Shown here: piece after piece, positions 1-8,526 of the stretch
Layout of the letters: each line of letters opens with the position of its first letter
Position numbering within the stretch: position 1 is the stretch's first letter
Source of the DNA: Candidatus Poribacteria bacterium
GTDB taxonomy: Bacteria; Poribacteria; WGA-4E; PCPOR2b
Length of the DNA: 64,000 bases
NCBI GenBank assembly: GCA_965215015.1
Contig: OZ244042.1
Location: 2,912,001-2,976,000, forward strand
Reading direction: 5' to 3'
Translations under genes and position numbers: made by a program
The notes under the pieces: model-generated
The model's database searches: none
Told to the model about the DNA's origin: nothing
The model's input: only the letters and a program-made list of their open reading frames with translations

Positions 1-834
1 ATTGGTCAACTGGGTTAGTTGACCGTCTGAGAGACGGAACCTGTAGATATCCCATTTCTCACCTTCCTTCCTCAAAGCAACGAGAATTGACTTCCCATCG
101 GCGCCCCATGCGGCGGCTGTCAAATCCATTTTCGGCAGCGGCACCGGCTCACGCTTGACCACCTCACGCCTTATCGGTGCGAGTGTAGCGATAATCATGG
201 TTGTGTCTGTCACCAAAGCCCCGATGGCTTCAGCATACAGAATCTGTTTCCCATCGGGCGACCACCCGTCCACAAACATCACGGCACCGGGTCTCGGTTG
301 GCTGACCTGCCATCGCTGGGTGCCGTCGGCGTTCATCACATAGACCTGGCGTCCCTGGTCTATGACCCCCTCAAAGGTGATGTGCTTCCCATCAGGAGAC
401 CACCGAGGACGTGAGGCAAACGCCAAACGAGTCAGTTGCTTCACGTTGCTGCCATCGGTGTCCATCACATAAATGTTCAGGGCACCATCCCTGTCGCTTG
501 CAAAGGCAATCTGCTTCCCATCGGGCGACCAGTTAGGGGAGGACTCAAACGCTGGATGACGGCTCAGGTTGCGCGGGTTGCTGCCATCGGCGTCCATCAC
601 ATAAATCTCCTGATTCTCATCCCGCAGACTCGCAAAGACAATCTCGCGACCGGTGGGGGACCAGGAGCATTGAAAATCCCCTGCCTCGTTGTGTGTCAGT
701 CGGGTTTGACCTTTTCCCGTTGAACTCATCACGTAGATTTCAGAATTTCCATCCCGAGAAGCTTTAAACACGATTTTGCTGTGGATGGTGCTCGTTATCA
801 ACCAAAGGCTGATAACGAGAGCTGGGAATCGCAT
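1..834 (-). CDS. TolB-like (PD40 repeat) beta-propeller protein, copy D, truncated by window edge
   Basis: Manual translation from ATG at 834: MRFPALVISLWLITSTIHSKIVFKASRDGNSEIY...AGDFQCSWSPTGREIVF...AFESSPNWSPDGKQIAF... The frame stays open to position 1. Paralogue of the three full copies. Confidence 0.9.
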   Translation of the reverse strand, partial: MRFPALVISLWLITSTIHSKIVFKASRDGNSEIYVMSSTGKGQTRLTHNEAGDFQCSWSPTGREIVFASLRDENQEIYVMDADGSNPRNLSRHPAFESSPNWSPDGKQIAFASDRDGALNIYVMDTDGSNVKQLTRLAFASRPRWSPDGKHITFEGVIDQGRQVYVMNADGTQRWQVSQPRPGAVMFVDGWSPDGKQILYAEAIGALVTDTTMIIATLAPIRREVVKREPVPLPKMDLTAAAWGADGKSILVALRKEGEKWDIYRFRLSDGQLTQLTN

Positions 835-836
835 AA

Positions 837-983
837 CTAATCCTCTTTTGTAAATCGGACGTTTACAGCATTTACCTGTCCATCCCCCAGATGGTCATTT
901 CCGTCAAAGAGTGAAACCCGTGTATACGCTGTAATATCATATTGTACGCCCTCATCTAAATTAGCCACACTGACTCCCCGCCA
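837..983 (-). pseudogene. Orphan 3' fragment (last ~48 codons) of the 176-aa membrane protein, module D
   Basis: WRGVSVANLDEGVQYDITAYTRVSLFDGNDHLGDGQVNAVNVRFTKED; nearly identical in DNA to 4310-4456. Confidence 0.8.
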
Positions 984-1048
984 AGCTGAAAATTTTTCTG
1001 TTCGCATCAATACGAACATATAGGATTCATTCTAACTTCTCAGTGTTA

Positions 1049-1987
1049 TTATGAGTTTGACTTGATATCTCCCCACGGCTTTGGAGCCACCCCCTGTGTC
1101 GAGACCGGCAGCTGGCTATTCCATTCGTTGGGGGAGCCGTCACCCGCCGGATGATTGGTCAACTGTGTCAGTTGACCGTCTGAGAGGCGGAACCTGTAGA
1201 TATCCCATTTCTCACCCTCCTTCCTCAAAGCAACGAGAATTGACTTCCCATCGGCACCCCATGCGGCGGTTGTCGAATCCATCTTCGGCAGCGGCACCGG
1301 TTCATGCTTGACCACCTCACGCCTTATCGGTGCGAGTGTAGCGATAATCACGGTTGTGTCTGTCACCAGGCCGCCGACGGATGCCTTATACAGAATCTGT
1401 GTTCCATCGGGCGACCATCCCGCCGTAAACATCAAGGTGCCGGGTCTGGGTTGGCTGACCTGCCATCGCTGGGTGCCGTCGGCGTTCATCACATAGACCT
1501 GGCGTCCCTGGTCTATGACCCCCTCAAAGGTGATTTGCTTCCCGTCAGGAGACCACCGAGGACGTGAAGCAAACGCCAAACGAGTCAGTTGCTTCACGTT
1601 GCTGCCATCGGTGTCCATCACATAAATGTTCAGGGCTCCATCCCTATCGCTTGAAAAGGCAATCTGTTTCCCATCAGGCGCCCAGTCGGGGGAAGACTCA
1701 AATGCTGGATGACGGCTCAGGTTGTGCGGGTTGCTGCCATCGGCGTCCATCACATAAATCTCCTGATTGTCATCCCGTAGACTGACAAAGACAATCTCTC
1801 GTCCGTTGGGAGACCAATCGGGGATAAAATCCGCGGCCTCGTTGTGCGTCAACCGTGTTTGAGCTCTTCCCGTTGAACTCATCACGTAGATTTCATTGTT
1901 TCCATCCCGAGAAGACCCGAACACGATTTTGCTGTGGACTTGATTCGTGACCAGCAAAAAGCTGGTCACGAGAATTGAGAGGCGCAT
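1049..1987 (-). CDS. TolB-like beta-propeller protein, copy C
   Basis: 312 aa; signal peptide; repeated WSPDG..I.F.S.RDG..IYVM.ADG PD40 units. Confidence 0.92.
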   Translation of the reverse strand: MRLSILVTSFLLVTNQVHSKIVFGSSRDGNNEIYVMSSTGRAQTRLTHNEAADFIPDWSPNGREIVFVSLRDDNQEIYVMDADGSNPHNLSRHPAFESSPDWAPDGKQIAFSSDRDGALNIYVMDTDGSNVKQLTRLAFASRPRWSPDGKQITFEGVIDQGRQVYVMNADGTQRWQVSQPRPGTLMFTAGWSPDGTQILYKASVGGLVTDTTVIIATLAPIRREVVKHEPVPLPKMDSTTAAWGADGKSILVALRKEGEKWDIYRFRLSDGQLTQLTNHPAGDGSPNEWNSQLPVSTQGVAPKPWGDIKSNS

Positions 1988-1989
1988 CG

Positions 1990-2164
1990 CTATTCTCTCC
2001 TCTTTGTAAATCGGACGTTTACAGCATTCACCTGTCCATCCCCCAGATGGTCGTTTCCATCAAACAGCGAAATGGTCGTTTCCATCAAAGAGCGAAACCC
2101 GTGTATATGCTGTGATATCATAATCCGTGCCATTCTGTAAATTAGCAACACTGACTCCTTGCCA
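1990..2164 (-). pseudogene. Degenerate orphan 3' fragment of the 176-aa gene, module C
   Basis: Variant VSVANLQNGTDYDITAYTR. A 25-bp tandem duplication (2047-2071/2072-2096) shifts the frame; ends FTKRRE. Confidence 0.75.
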
Positions 2165-2215
2165 GCCTGAAAATTTTTCTGTTCGATCAATACAAACATA
2201 TAGGATTCAGTGATA

Positions 2216-3154
2216 TTATGAGTTTGATTTGATATCCCCCCACGGCTTTGGAGCCACTCCCTGTGTCGAGACCGGCAGCTGGCTATTCCATTCGCTGGGG
2301 GAGCCGTCACCCGCCGGATGATTGGTCAACTGGGTCAGTTGACCGTCTGAGAGACGGAACCTGTAGATATCCCATTTCTCACCTTCCTTCCTCAAAGCAA
2401 CGAGAATTGACTTCCCATCGGCACCCCATGCGGCGGATGTCAAATCCATCTTCGGCAGCGGCACCGGCTCACGCTTGACCACCTCACGCCTTATCGGTGC
2501 GAGTGTGGCGATAATCATGGTTGTGTCTGTCACCAAAGCCCCGATGGCTTCAGCATACAGAATCTGTGTTCCATCGGGCGACCACCCGTCCACAAACATC
2601 ACGGCACCGGGTCTCGGTTGGCTGACCTGCCATCGCCGGGTGCCGTCGGCGTTCATCACATAGACCTGGCGTCCCTGGTCTATGACCCCCTCAAAGGTGA
2701 TACGCTTCCCGTCAGGAGACCACTGGGGGCGTGAAGCAAACGCCAAACGAGTCAGTTGTTTCACGTTGCTGCCATCGGTGTCCATCACATAAATGTTCAG
2801 GGCTCCATCCCTATCGCTTGAAAAGGCAATCTGCTTCCCATCAGGCGACCAATAGGGGGCAGCATCAAACGCCGGATGACGGCTCAGGTTGCGCGGGTTG
2901 CTGCCATCGGCGTCCATCACATAAATCTCATCGTTCCCGTCCCGGAGACTGACAAAGACAATCTCTCGTCCGTTGGGAGACCAATCGGGGGTAAAATCCG
3001 CGGCCTCGTTGTGCGTTAACCGTGTTTGACCTTTTCCCGTTGAACTCATCACGTAGATTTCAGAATTTCCATCCCGAGAGGCTTTAAACACGATTTTGCT
3101 GTGGACGGTGCTCGTTATCAACCAAAGGCTGATAACGAGAGCTGGGAATCGCAT
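2216..3154 (-). CDS. TolB-like beta-propeller protein, copy B
   Basis: 312 aa; PD40 repeats; signal peptide. Confidence 0.92.
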   Translation of the reverse strand: MRFPALVISLWLITSTVHSKIVFKASRDGNSEIYVMSSTGKGQTRLTHNEAADFTPDWSPNGREIVFVSLRDGNDEIYVMDADGSNPRNLSRHPAFDAAPYWSPDGKQIAFSSDRDGALNIYVMDTDGSNVKQLTRLAFASRPQWSPDGKRITFEGVIDQGRQVYVMNADGTRRWQVSQPRPGAVMFVDGWSPDGTQILYAEAIGALVTDTTMIIATLAPIRREVVKREPVPLPKMDLTSAAWGADGKSILVALRKEGEKWDIYRFRLSDGQLTQLTNHPAGDGSPSEWNSQLPVSTQGVAPKPWGDIKSNS

Positions 3155-3156
3155 AA

Positions 3157-3303
3157 CTAATCCTCTTTTGTAAATCGGACGTTTACAGCATTCACCTGTC
3201 CATCGCCCAGATGGTCATTTCCATCAAAGAGCGAAACCCGTGTATACGCTGTGATATCATAATCCGTGTCATCCCGTAAATTAGCAACACTGACTCCCTG
3301 CCA
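3157..3303 (-). pseudogene. Orphan 3' fragment of the 176-aa gene, module B
   Basis: WQGVSVANLRDDTDYDITAYTRVSLFDGNDHLGDGQVNAVNVRFTKED. Confidence 0.8.
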
Positions 3304-3368
3304 AGCTGAAAATTTTTCTGTTCGCATCAATACGAACATATAGGATTCATTCTAACTTCTCAGTGTTA

Positions 3369-4307
3369 TTATGAGTTTGACTTGATATCTCCCCACGGCT
3401 TTGGAGCCACTCCCTGTGTCGAGACCGGCAGCTGGCTATTCCATTCGCTGGGGAAGGTATCATTCGCCGGATGATCGGTCAACTGGGTTAGTTGACCGTC
3501 TGAGAGACGGAACCTGTAGATATCCCATTTCTCACCCGCCTTCCTCAAAGCAACAAGAATTGACTTCCCATCGGCACCCCATGCGACGGTTGTCGAATCC
3601 ATCTTCGGCAGCGGCACCGGTTCATGCTTGACCACCTCACGCCTTATCGGTGCGAGTGTAGCGATAATCACGGTTGAGTTTGTCACCAGGCCGCCAACGG
3701 ATGCCTTATACAGAATCTGTGTTCCATCGGGCGACCATCCCGACGTAAACATCAAGGTGCCGGGTCTGGGTTGGCTGACCTGCCATCGCTGGGTGCCGTC
3801 GGCGTTCATCACATAGACCTGGCGTCCCTGGTCTGTGACCCCCTCAAAGGTGATACGCTTCCCATCAGGAGACCACTGGGGACGTGAAGCAAACGCCAAA
3901 CGAGTCAGTTGCTTCACGTTGCTGCCATCGGCGTCCATCACATAAATGTTCAGGGCTCCATCCCTATCGCTTGAAAAGGCAATCTGTTTCCCATCAGGCG
4001 ACCAATAGGGGGCAGCATCAAACGCCGGATGACGGCTCAGGTTGCGCGGGTTGCTGCCATCGGCGTCCATCACATAAATCTCATCGTTCCCGTCCCGCAG
4101 ACTGACAAAGACAATCTCTTGTCCGTTGGGAGACCAATCGGGAGTAAAATCCCCTGCCTCATTGTGTGTCAGTCGTGTTTGACCTCTTCCCGTTGAACTC
4201 ATCACGTAGATTTCAGAATTTCCATCCCGAGAAGCTTTAAACACGATTTTGCTGTGGACGGTGCTCGTTATCAACCAAAGGCTGATAACGAGAGCTGGGA
4301 ATCGCAT
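3369..4307 (-). CDS. TolB-like beta-propeller protein, copy A
   Basis: 312 aa; PD40 repeats; start 2 bp after the stop of the 176-aa gene. Confidence 0.92.
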   Translation of the reverse strand: MRFPALVISLWLITSTVHSKIVFKASRDGNSEIYVMSSTGRGQTRLTHNEAGDFTPDWSPNGQEIVFVSLRDGNDEIYVMDADGSNPRNLSRHPAFDAAPYWSPDGKQIAFSSDRDGALNIYVMDADGSNVKQLTRLAFASRPQWSPDGKRITFEGVTDQGRQVYVMNADGTQRWQVSQPRPGTLMFTSGWSPDGTQILYKASVGGLVTNSTVIIATLAPIRREVVKHEPVPLPKMDSTTVAWGADGKSILVALRKAGEKWDIYRFRLSDGQLTQLTDHPANDTFPSEWNSQLPVSTQGVAPKPWGDIKSNS

Positions 4308-4309
4308 AA

Positions 4310-4840
4310 CTAATCCTCTTTTGTAAATCGGACGTTTACAGCATTCACCTGTCCATCCCCCAGATGGTCATTTCCGTCAAAGAGTGAAACCCGTGTATAC
4401 GCTGTAATATCATATTGTACGCCCTCATCTAAATTAGCCACACTGACCCCCTGCCAGCCCCAATGGTCGCTGTATCCATTTGCAGGCACATCTGGTCCGA
4501 ATTCTTCGATGATATCCTGCTTAGGGCTGCCATCTGTGTTGTAAGTATTCGTGCCGTCGGTATTGACGATAGTATGATTAAACTCATACTTCACATCGAT
4601 TGCAAAGGGGCCATTTTCGATCAGATAGTGATGGAAACTCTCCGTGCGTTGGGTTGAGCCGCCGATATACCTGAGCTGGCTCGCTGTGGCACTCCAACTG
4701 ATACCGTCAATGGTGCCGCCGTTCGGTGATCCGGGGATGTTTCTAACAATCAACACACCTGCCATCCCCAAGACCAATATGCCGAGACCTATAAACACTT
4801 TAGGGTATTTCTTTGCCAATTTCATGAATTGTTGGTTCAT
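4310..4840 (-). CDS. Hypothetical N-terminally membrane-anchored protein (176 aa)
   Basis: Basic N-terminus, hydrophobic helix VFIGLGILVLGMAGVLIV, then a polar, probably beta-rich domain. First gene of the array operon. Confidence 0.75.
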   Translation of the reverse strand: MNQQFMKLAKKYPKVFIGLGILVLGMAGVLIVRNIPGSPNGGTIDGISWSATASQLRYIGGSTQRTESFHHYLIENGPFAIDVKYEFNHTIVNTDGTNTYNTDGSPKQDIIEEFGPDVPANGYSDHWGWQGVSVANLDEGVQYDITAYTRVSLFDGNDHLGDGQVNAVNVRFTKED

Positions 4841-4937
4841 AAGTGCCAGATGGTAAGCTCAAACCTTCTATGCGGCAAAAGGTTTAAGCCCGATAGATAT
4901 ACCCAAACCGTAACTGTTTTACGTTGGGGTATATGAC

Positions 4938-4967
4938 AGCGTACATCAGACATATGCTTCTAGTCAA
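4938..4967 (-). promoter_or_regulatory. Possible sigma70-type promoter for the array operon
   Basis: TTGACT-18 nt-TACGCT on the minus strand. Confidence 0.35.
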
Positions 4968-5012
4968 GCAAAAAAATAGGGTTCTCGTTTTAGTATGTGA
5001 AGATTTTTTCTA

Positions 5013-5040
5013 TTGACAACATTTGTCCATTGGGTATAAT
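5013..5040 (+). promoter_or_regulatory. Consensus sigma70 promoter
   Basis: TTGACA (5013-5018), 16 nt, TATAAT (5035-5040). Confidence 0.7.
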
Positions 5041-5046
5041 GAACGA

Positions 5047-5192
5047 ACTGGCAGCACCCGGACCTGACTTGGGCAAAGATGTGGCTGTGCAATACCGGAT
5101 GGTTGATCTCCGACCGGCTTTTCGAGACAGCAGAGCCGGGGCGGATGAAGCAGATTCAACCGCAGAGGGAATTGGGGTAAATTACTGCACAC
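5047..5192 (+). ncRNA. Candidate structured non-coding RNA
   Basis: Follows the consensus promoter; nested stems 5086-94/5183-91, 5101-06/5156-61, 5114-21/5132-39; no credible ORF. Confidence 0.3.
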
Positions 5193-5231
5193 AAAAATTT
5201 AATTGAATCTATACCTGTTTATTAGAACCTA

Positions 5232-5300
5232 ATTGGAGAGGCTACCAAGTTGTTAGGGGTTAATCCTCAAACATTACGGCGTTGGGTGGAGTGTATATGA
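5232..5300 (+). pseudogene. Remnant of a MerR-type HTH (IS607 TnpA/excisionase-like N-terminus)
   Basis: Reads IGEATKLLGVNPQTLRRW then VECI-stop. Confidence 0.55.
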
Positions 5301-5588
5301 CCTCAAGCGTGGGTTCAACAGCGTCAAAGATGAGCTCTTCCCATGATGGTGCCGCAACTTTCACAGAATGCGTCAAAGAATGTTATTCATGACCTTGCTG
5401 ATGTTATTAAACGCTGGAGAAAAGGACAGAACCAGTTTCCCCGTTGCAAAAAATGATTGTAGTAAGAGGATACCAGACAAAAGCTGAGGGGCACTGCAAA
5501 AGGACTTCGCCTCTGGGAAAGGTTAGCCGCTGGCAGGCAGTCGGAATACCACTGACAAAAAACTTCGCAAATCGAAGGTATAAACAGC

Positions 5589-6866
5589 ATGATCGAAACG
5601 ACACTCTTTGATTTAACCTACGAAAGTCGGAAGCGTCCCCTGTTGAAACAGGTATTGGAGAGATTACGTCCAATCTACTCTACGGACGAACTGAAGGTCT
5701 TACGCATTGACAGTGAAAGTCGAGATGTTCTCTCTCTCCGTTCTGGGCGAGGATTTGTCAATCGAGATATTCTCGAAACGGTGCTCGGCAACCTATTGGA
5801 ATGTGTAGCCCCCGGTTCCCACAACGCCCCGCGTCCAGAAAATCATAAGGGCGAACTGTCGGAAGCAATCGAAGAGGTCGCGGACCAACTGTACGCGGTG
5901 ATTGCCCAATCCTTCTTGGCAGTCACCGACGAAAGCGAGTTGGAAAGCCGTGCATTGGACACAACGTTTGCGCTGCTCTGGGAGTTGCCTCGACTGAAAC
6001 AGCGCGCCCTATGGAACCGTTTTGCCTCGCTGAAAGATCCGGCGGTGTGGGATGCCTATCTGCTCCACAGTGGAGTTTCCCGTGAAAAACTTGTCGAATT
6101 GGACATCAGGGCGCAGGTAGATGAAGCCATTCTAAAACGGGAGTTCCAACCCTATCGAAATCTCTTGGACACTCTTGATTTGGCTTTCGCTTTTGACTAC
6201 CAGATGCAGTTGGTTGTCAGTACGTACCCCGGTTGGCGAGTGCTCTTCTACCACGATGTTGGCTATCTCTTAACTCGATCCGGTCCCATTAAGGGCACCA
6301 TCAATCTCTACCGAACCCCTGTACCGCTTTTACCCCGCGCGATTTCTGAACTTGGGGGCCGTTACTACCAAGCAGATCTCCACCCCGAAACACAGATTGG
6401 TGATGCTAATTTCTTGGAGCATCCCCATCGCGGCTTCACCACCGGACAAACCGGGGTTATTGGCTCTGGCTGCGTCATCTATCCGTGTACGCTTGGTGGC
6501 TTGAGTGTGAGGGTCAAACAGCGTCACCCGATTCTTGGCGACTTCGTGCAGATTGGCACGGACGCAAGTCTGCTGGGGCCGGTACGAATCGGGGACCACT
6601 CTACCGTCGGCACAAATACAGAGATCTACGGTTTTGTTGAGATAGATACCAGCTGCCATATCGGTTCTTCAGTGGTCATCGGGACCATCCGGAGCGAATC
6701 CATCAAACCGGGCGTGATTCGTCTTGGCAAGAACGTTTCGGTGGGCGACGGGACGATTATCGAAAACACCTTGGCGATAGATTTGATTATTCCGGATCAG
6801 TCAGAGATTCCCGCACGCAGCCATGTCTCTAACGATGGTTTTGGACATCCCAGATATGTCGCATAA
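5589..6866 (+). CDS. Divergent serine O-acetyltransferase-like protein (left-handed beta-helix) with long N-terminal extension
   Basis: C-half follows the CysE pattern: YPGW..LFYH, DLHPETQIG..NFLEH, TLGG...QRHPILGDFVQIG..ASLLGPVRIGD. Confidence 0.7.
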   Translation: MIETTLFDLTYESRKRPLLKQVLERLRPIYSTDELKVLRIDSESRDVLSLRSGRGFVNRDILETVLGNLLECVAPGSHNAPRPENHKGELSEAIEEVADQLYAVIAQSFLAVTDESELESRALDTTFALLWELPRLKQRALWNRFASLKDPAVWDAYLLHSGVSREKLVELDIRAQVDEAILKREFQPYRNLLDTLDLAFAFDYQMQLVVSTYPGWRVLFYHDVGYLLTRSGPIKGTINLYRTPVPLLPRAISELGGRYYQADLHPETQIGDANFLEHPHRGFTTGQTGVIGSGCVIYPCTLGGLSVRVKQRHPILGDFVQIGTDASLLGPVRIGDHSTVGTNTEIYGFVEIDTSCHIGSSVVIGTIRSESIKPGVIRLGKNVSVGDGTIIENTLAIDLIIPDQSEIPARSHVSNDGFGHPRYVA

Positions 6867-6877
6867 AGGGAGGATGC

Positions 6878-8443
6878 ATGAAAAAGATACAACGCGCCCT
6901 AATCAGTACCTATGATAAAACGGACCTCATAAATCTTGCCAAAAACCTTGTTCAGAAAGGGGTGGAAATCTTTTCCACAGGCGGCACCGCAAACACGCTC
7001 CGCGAATCGGGGATTGAGATTCATGAGGTGTCCGACTATACCGGTTTCCCGGAAATGCTTGATGGGCGGGTGAAAACGCTCCACCCGAAGATTCACGGTG
7101 GTTTGTTAGCAATCCGGGATAATCCCGACCATGTGGCTCAGGCATCAAACCAGGGAATTGAATTTATCGATCTCGTCGTTTCCAATCTCTATCCATTTGA
7201 GGCAACAATTGCTAAGGAAGGGGTCGAACTCGCCGAGGCGATTGAAAACATTGACATCGGCGGGCCCGCAATGATTCGGGCGGCTGCCAAAAATTATCGT
7301 GATGTCGCCATCCTCACGGATCCACAGCAGTACCTCGATATCATCGCAGAACTTGACGCAAACGATGGTTGCCTTTCAGAGGGGACCCGGTTTCAATTGG
7401 CTAAAGCAGCGTTTGCACATACCGCCCATTATGACGCAGCGATTTCGCGTTACCTCGCTAATTTGGATGCTCCCGATGCGGCCTTTCCAGATGCGCTCGA
7501 TCTGCAGTATGAGAGGGCCCAAAGCCTCCGGTATGGTGAAAATCCCCATCAGCGTGCGGCGTTCTATCGGACCCATGCTTCACCTGAACCGTGTGCGGCG
7601 TGGGCAAATCAACTGAGTGGTCAACCGCTTTCGTTTAATAACATCCTCGACTTGGAGGCGGCGATCGAAATCGTTAAGGACTTCTCCGAACCGACCTGCG
7701 TGATTATCAAGCACAACACCCCGTGCGGATTGGCAACTGCCGCTAGTTTGGAAGGGGCATTTAACGATGCCCTCGATTGCGATCGAACCTCCGCGTTTGG
7801 TTCCATCATCGGTTTGAATCAAAAAGTCTCCTTAAAAGTGGCAAACACCATTCGTAAGGCAGCAAACGCAGGCATCAAAGTTGATGCTATTATCGCTTCA
7901 AGCTACACGCCGAAAGCATTGAGTGCGCTCTCCCGCGTGAAGCGTCGACCAATTCTCGAAATAGGTGAACTTCGGCAAGATTCCTCAATTAAGCAGATTC
8001 GGAACGTTATCGGCGGAGTCCTTGTCCAGGACCGGGACCTCCATGAAATGACACCCGATGACCTAAAGGTTGTCACAGAGCGTCAACCGACAAACGAGGA
8101 GATTAAATCCCTGTTGTTTGCGTGGAAAGCGTGTAAGCATGTCAAATCAAACTGTGTGTTGCTTGCTCAAGGCTCAAAGACGGTCGGCATTGGTGCTGGG
8201 CAGATGAGTCGCGTTGATTCGTGTATCATCGCGGCGCGGAAGGCAGGGGACCGGGCGAAAGCATCCGTCCTCGCTTCCGATGCCTACTTTCCATTCCCGG
8301 ATGGCGTTGAAATCGCCGGTGAGGCAGGCGTGCGGGCAATCATTCAACCCGGTGGCTCGGTGGGCGATCCGCCTGTGATTGAGACCGCAGATCGGTATGG
8401 TATGGCGATGGTCTTCACCGGCGTCCGGCATTTCCGGCATTAG
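6878..8443 (+). CDS. purH: Bifunctional AICAR transformylase/IMP cyclohydrolase
   Basis: [70 protein letters not shown]. Confidence 0.98.
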   Translation: MKKIQRALISTYDKTDLINLAKNLVQKGVEIFSTGGTANTLRESGIEIHEVSDYTGFPEMLDGRVKTLHPKIHGGLLAIRDNPDHVAQASNQGIEFIDLVVSNLYPFEATIAKEGVELAEAIENIDIGGPAMIRAAAKNYRDVAILTDPQQYLDIIAELDANDGCLSEGTRFQLAKAAFAHTAHYDAAISRYLANLDAPDAAFPDALDLQYERAQSLRYGENPHQRAAFYRTHASPEPCAAWANQLSGQPLSFNNILDLEAAIEIVKDFSEPTCVIIKHNTPCGLATAASLEGAFNDALDCDRTSAFGSIIGLNQKVSLKVANTIRKAANAGIKVDAIIASSYTPKALSALSRVKRRPILEIGELRQDSSIKQIRNVIGGVLVQDRDLHEMTPDDLKVVTERQPTNEEIKSLLFAWKACKHVKSNCVLLAQGSKTVGIGAGQMSRVDSCIIAARKAGDRAKASVLASDAYFPFPDGVEIAGEAGVRAIIQPGGSVGDPPVIETADRYGMAMVFTGVRHFRH

Positions 8444-8526
8444 GAAGTTATGTGAGAAGGTGACACCGCTAATTAAATCATCAAACTTAACAATAGAGAT
8501 AATCCCAACACTGTGAGGAAGAATAG

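Larger units (their letters stand above)
1..4456 (-). repeat. Tandem array of ~1.16-kb modules (start-to-start spacing 1153, 1167, 1153 bp)
   Basis: Propeller start codons at 834, 1987, 3154, 4307; spacers and fragments conserved between units. Confidence 0.95.

Noticed and set aside
837-1019. 60-aa ORFs MFVLMRTEKF... (also 3157-3339) and the 106-aa ORF 1990-2310 as real genes
   Set aside because: Their N-termini come from spacer DNA fused to the duplicated gene tail, no RBS is evident, and the frame is broken in module C.
1-4307. Diversity-generating retroelement or shufflon as the source of propeller variation
   Set aside because: Substitutions are not adenine-specific, all copies are co-oriented with no inverted recombination sites, and no reverse transcriptase or invertase lies in the window.
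1-4307. Genuine tolB of the Tol-Pal system
   Set aside because: No TolB N-terminal domain and no tolQRA/pal neighbours; multiple variable copies.
5481-5555. SAH, cobalamin or ZTP riboswitch
   Set aside because: GAGGGGCACTGCAA resembles SAH, but the P1 partner and pseudoknot strand are missing. GGGAAA and AGTCGGAATACCAC resemble cobalamin variants, but the T-loop hairpin is absent. No ZTP consensus.
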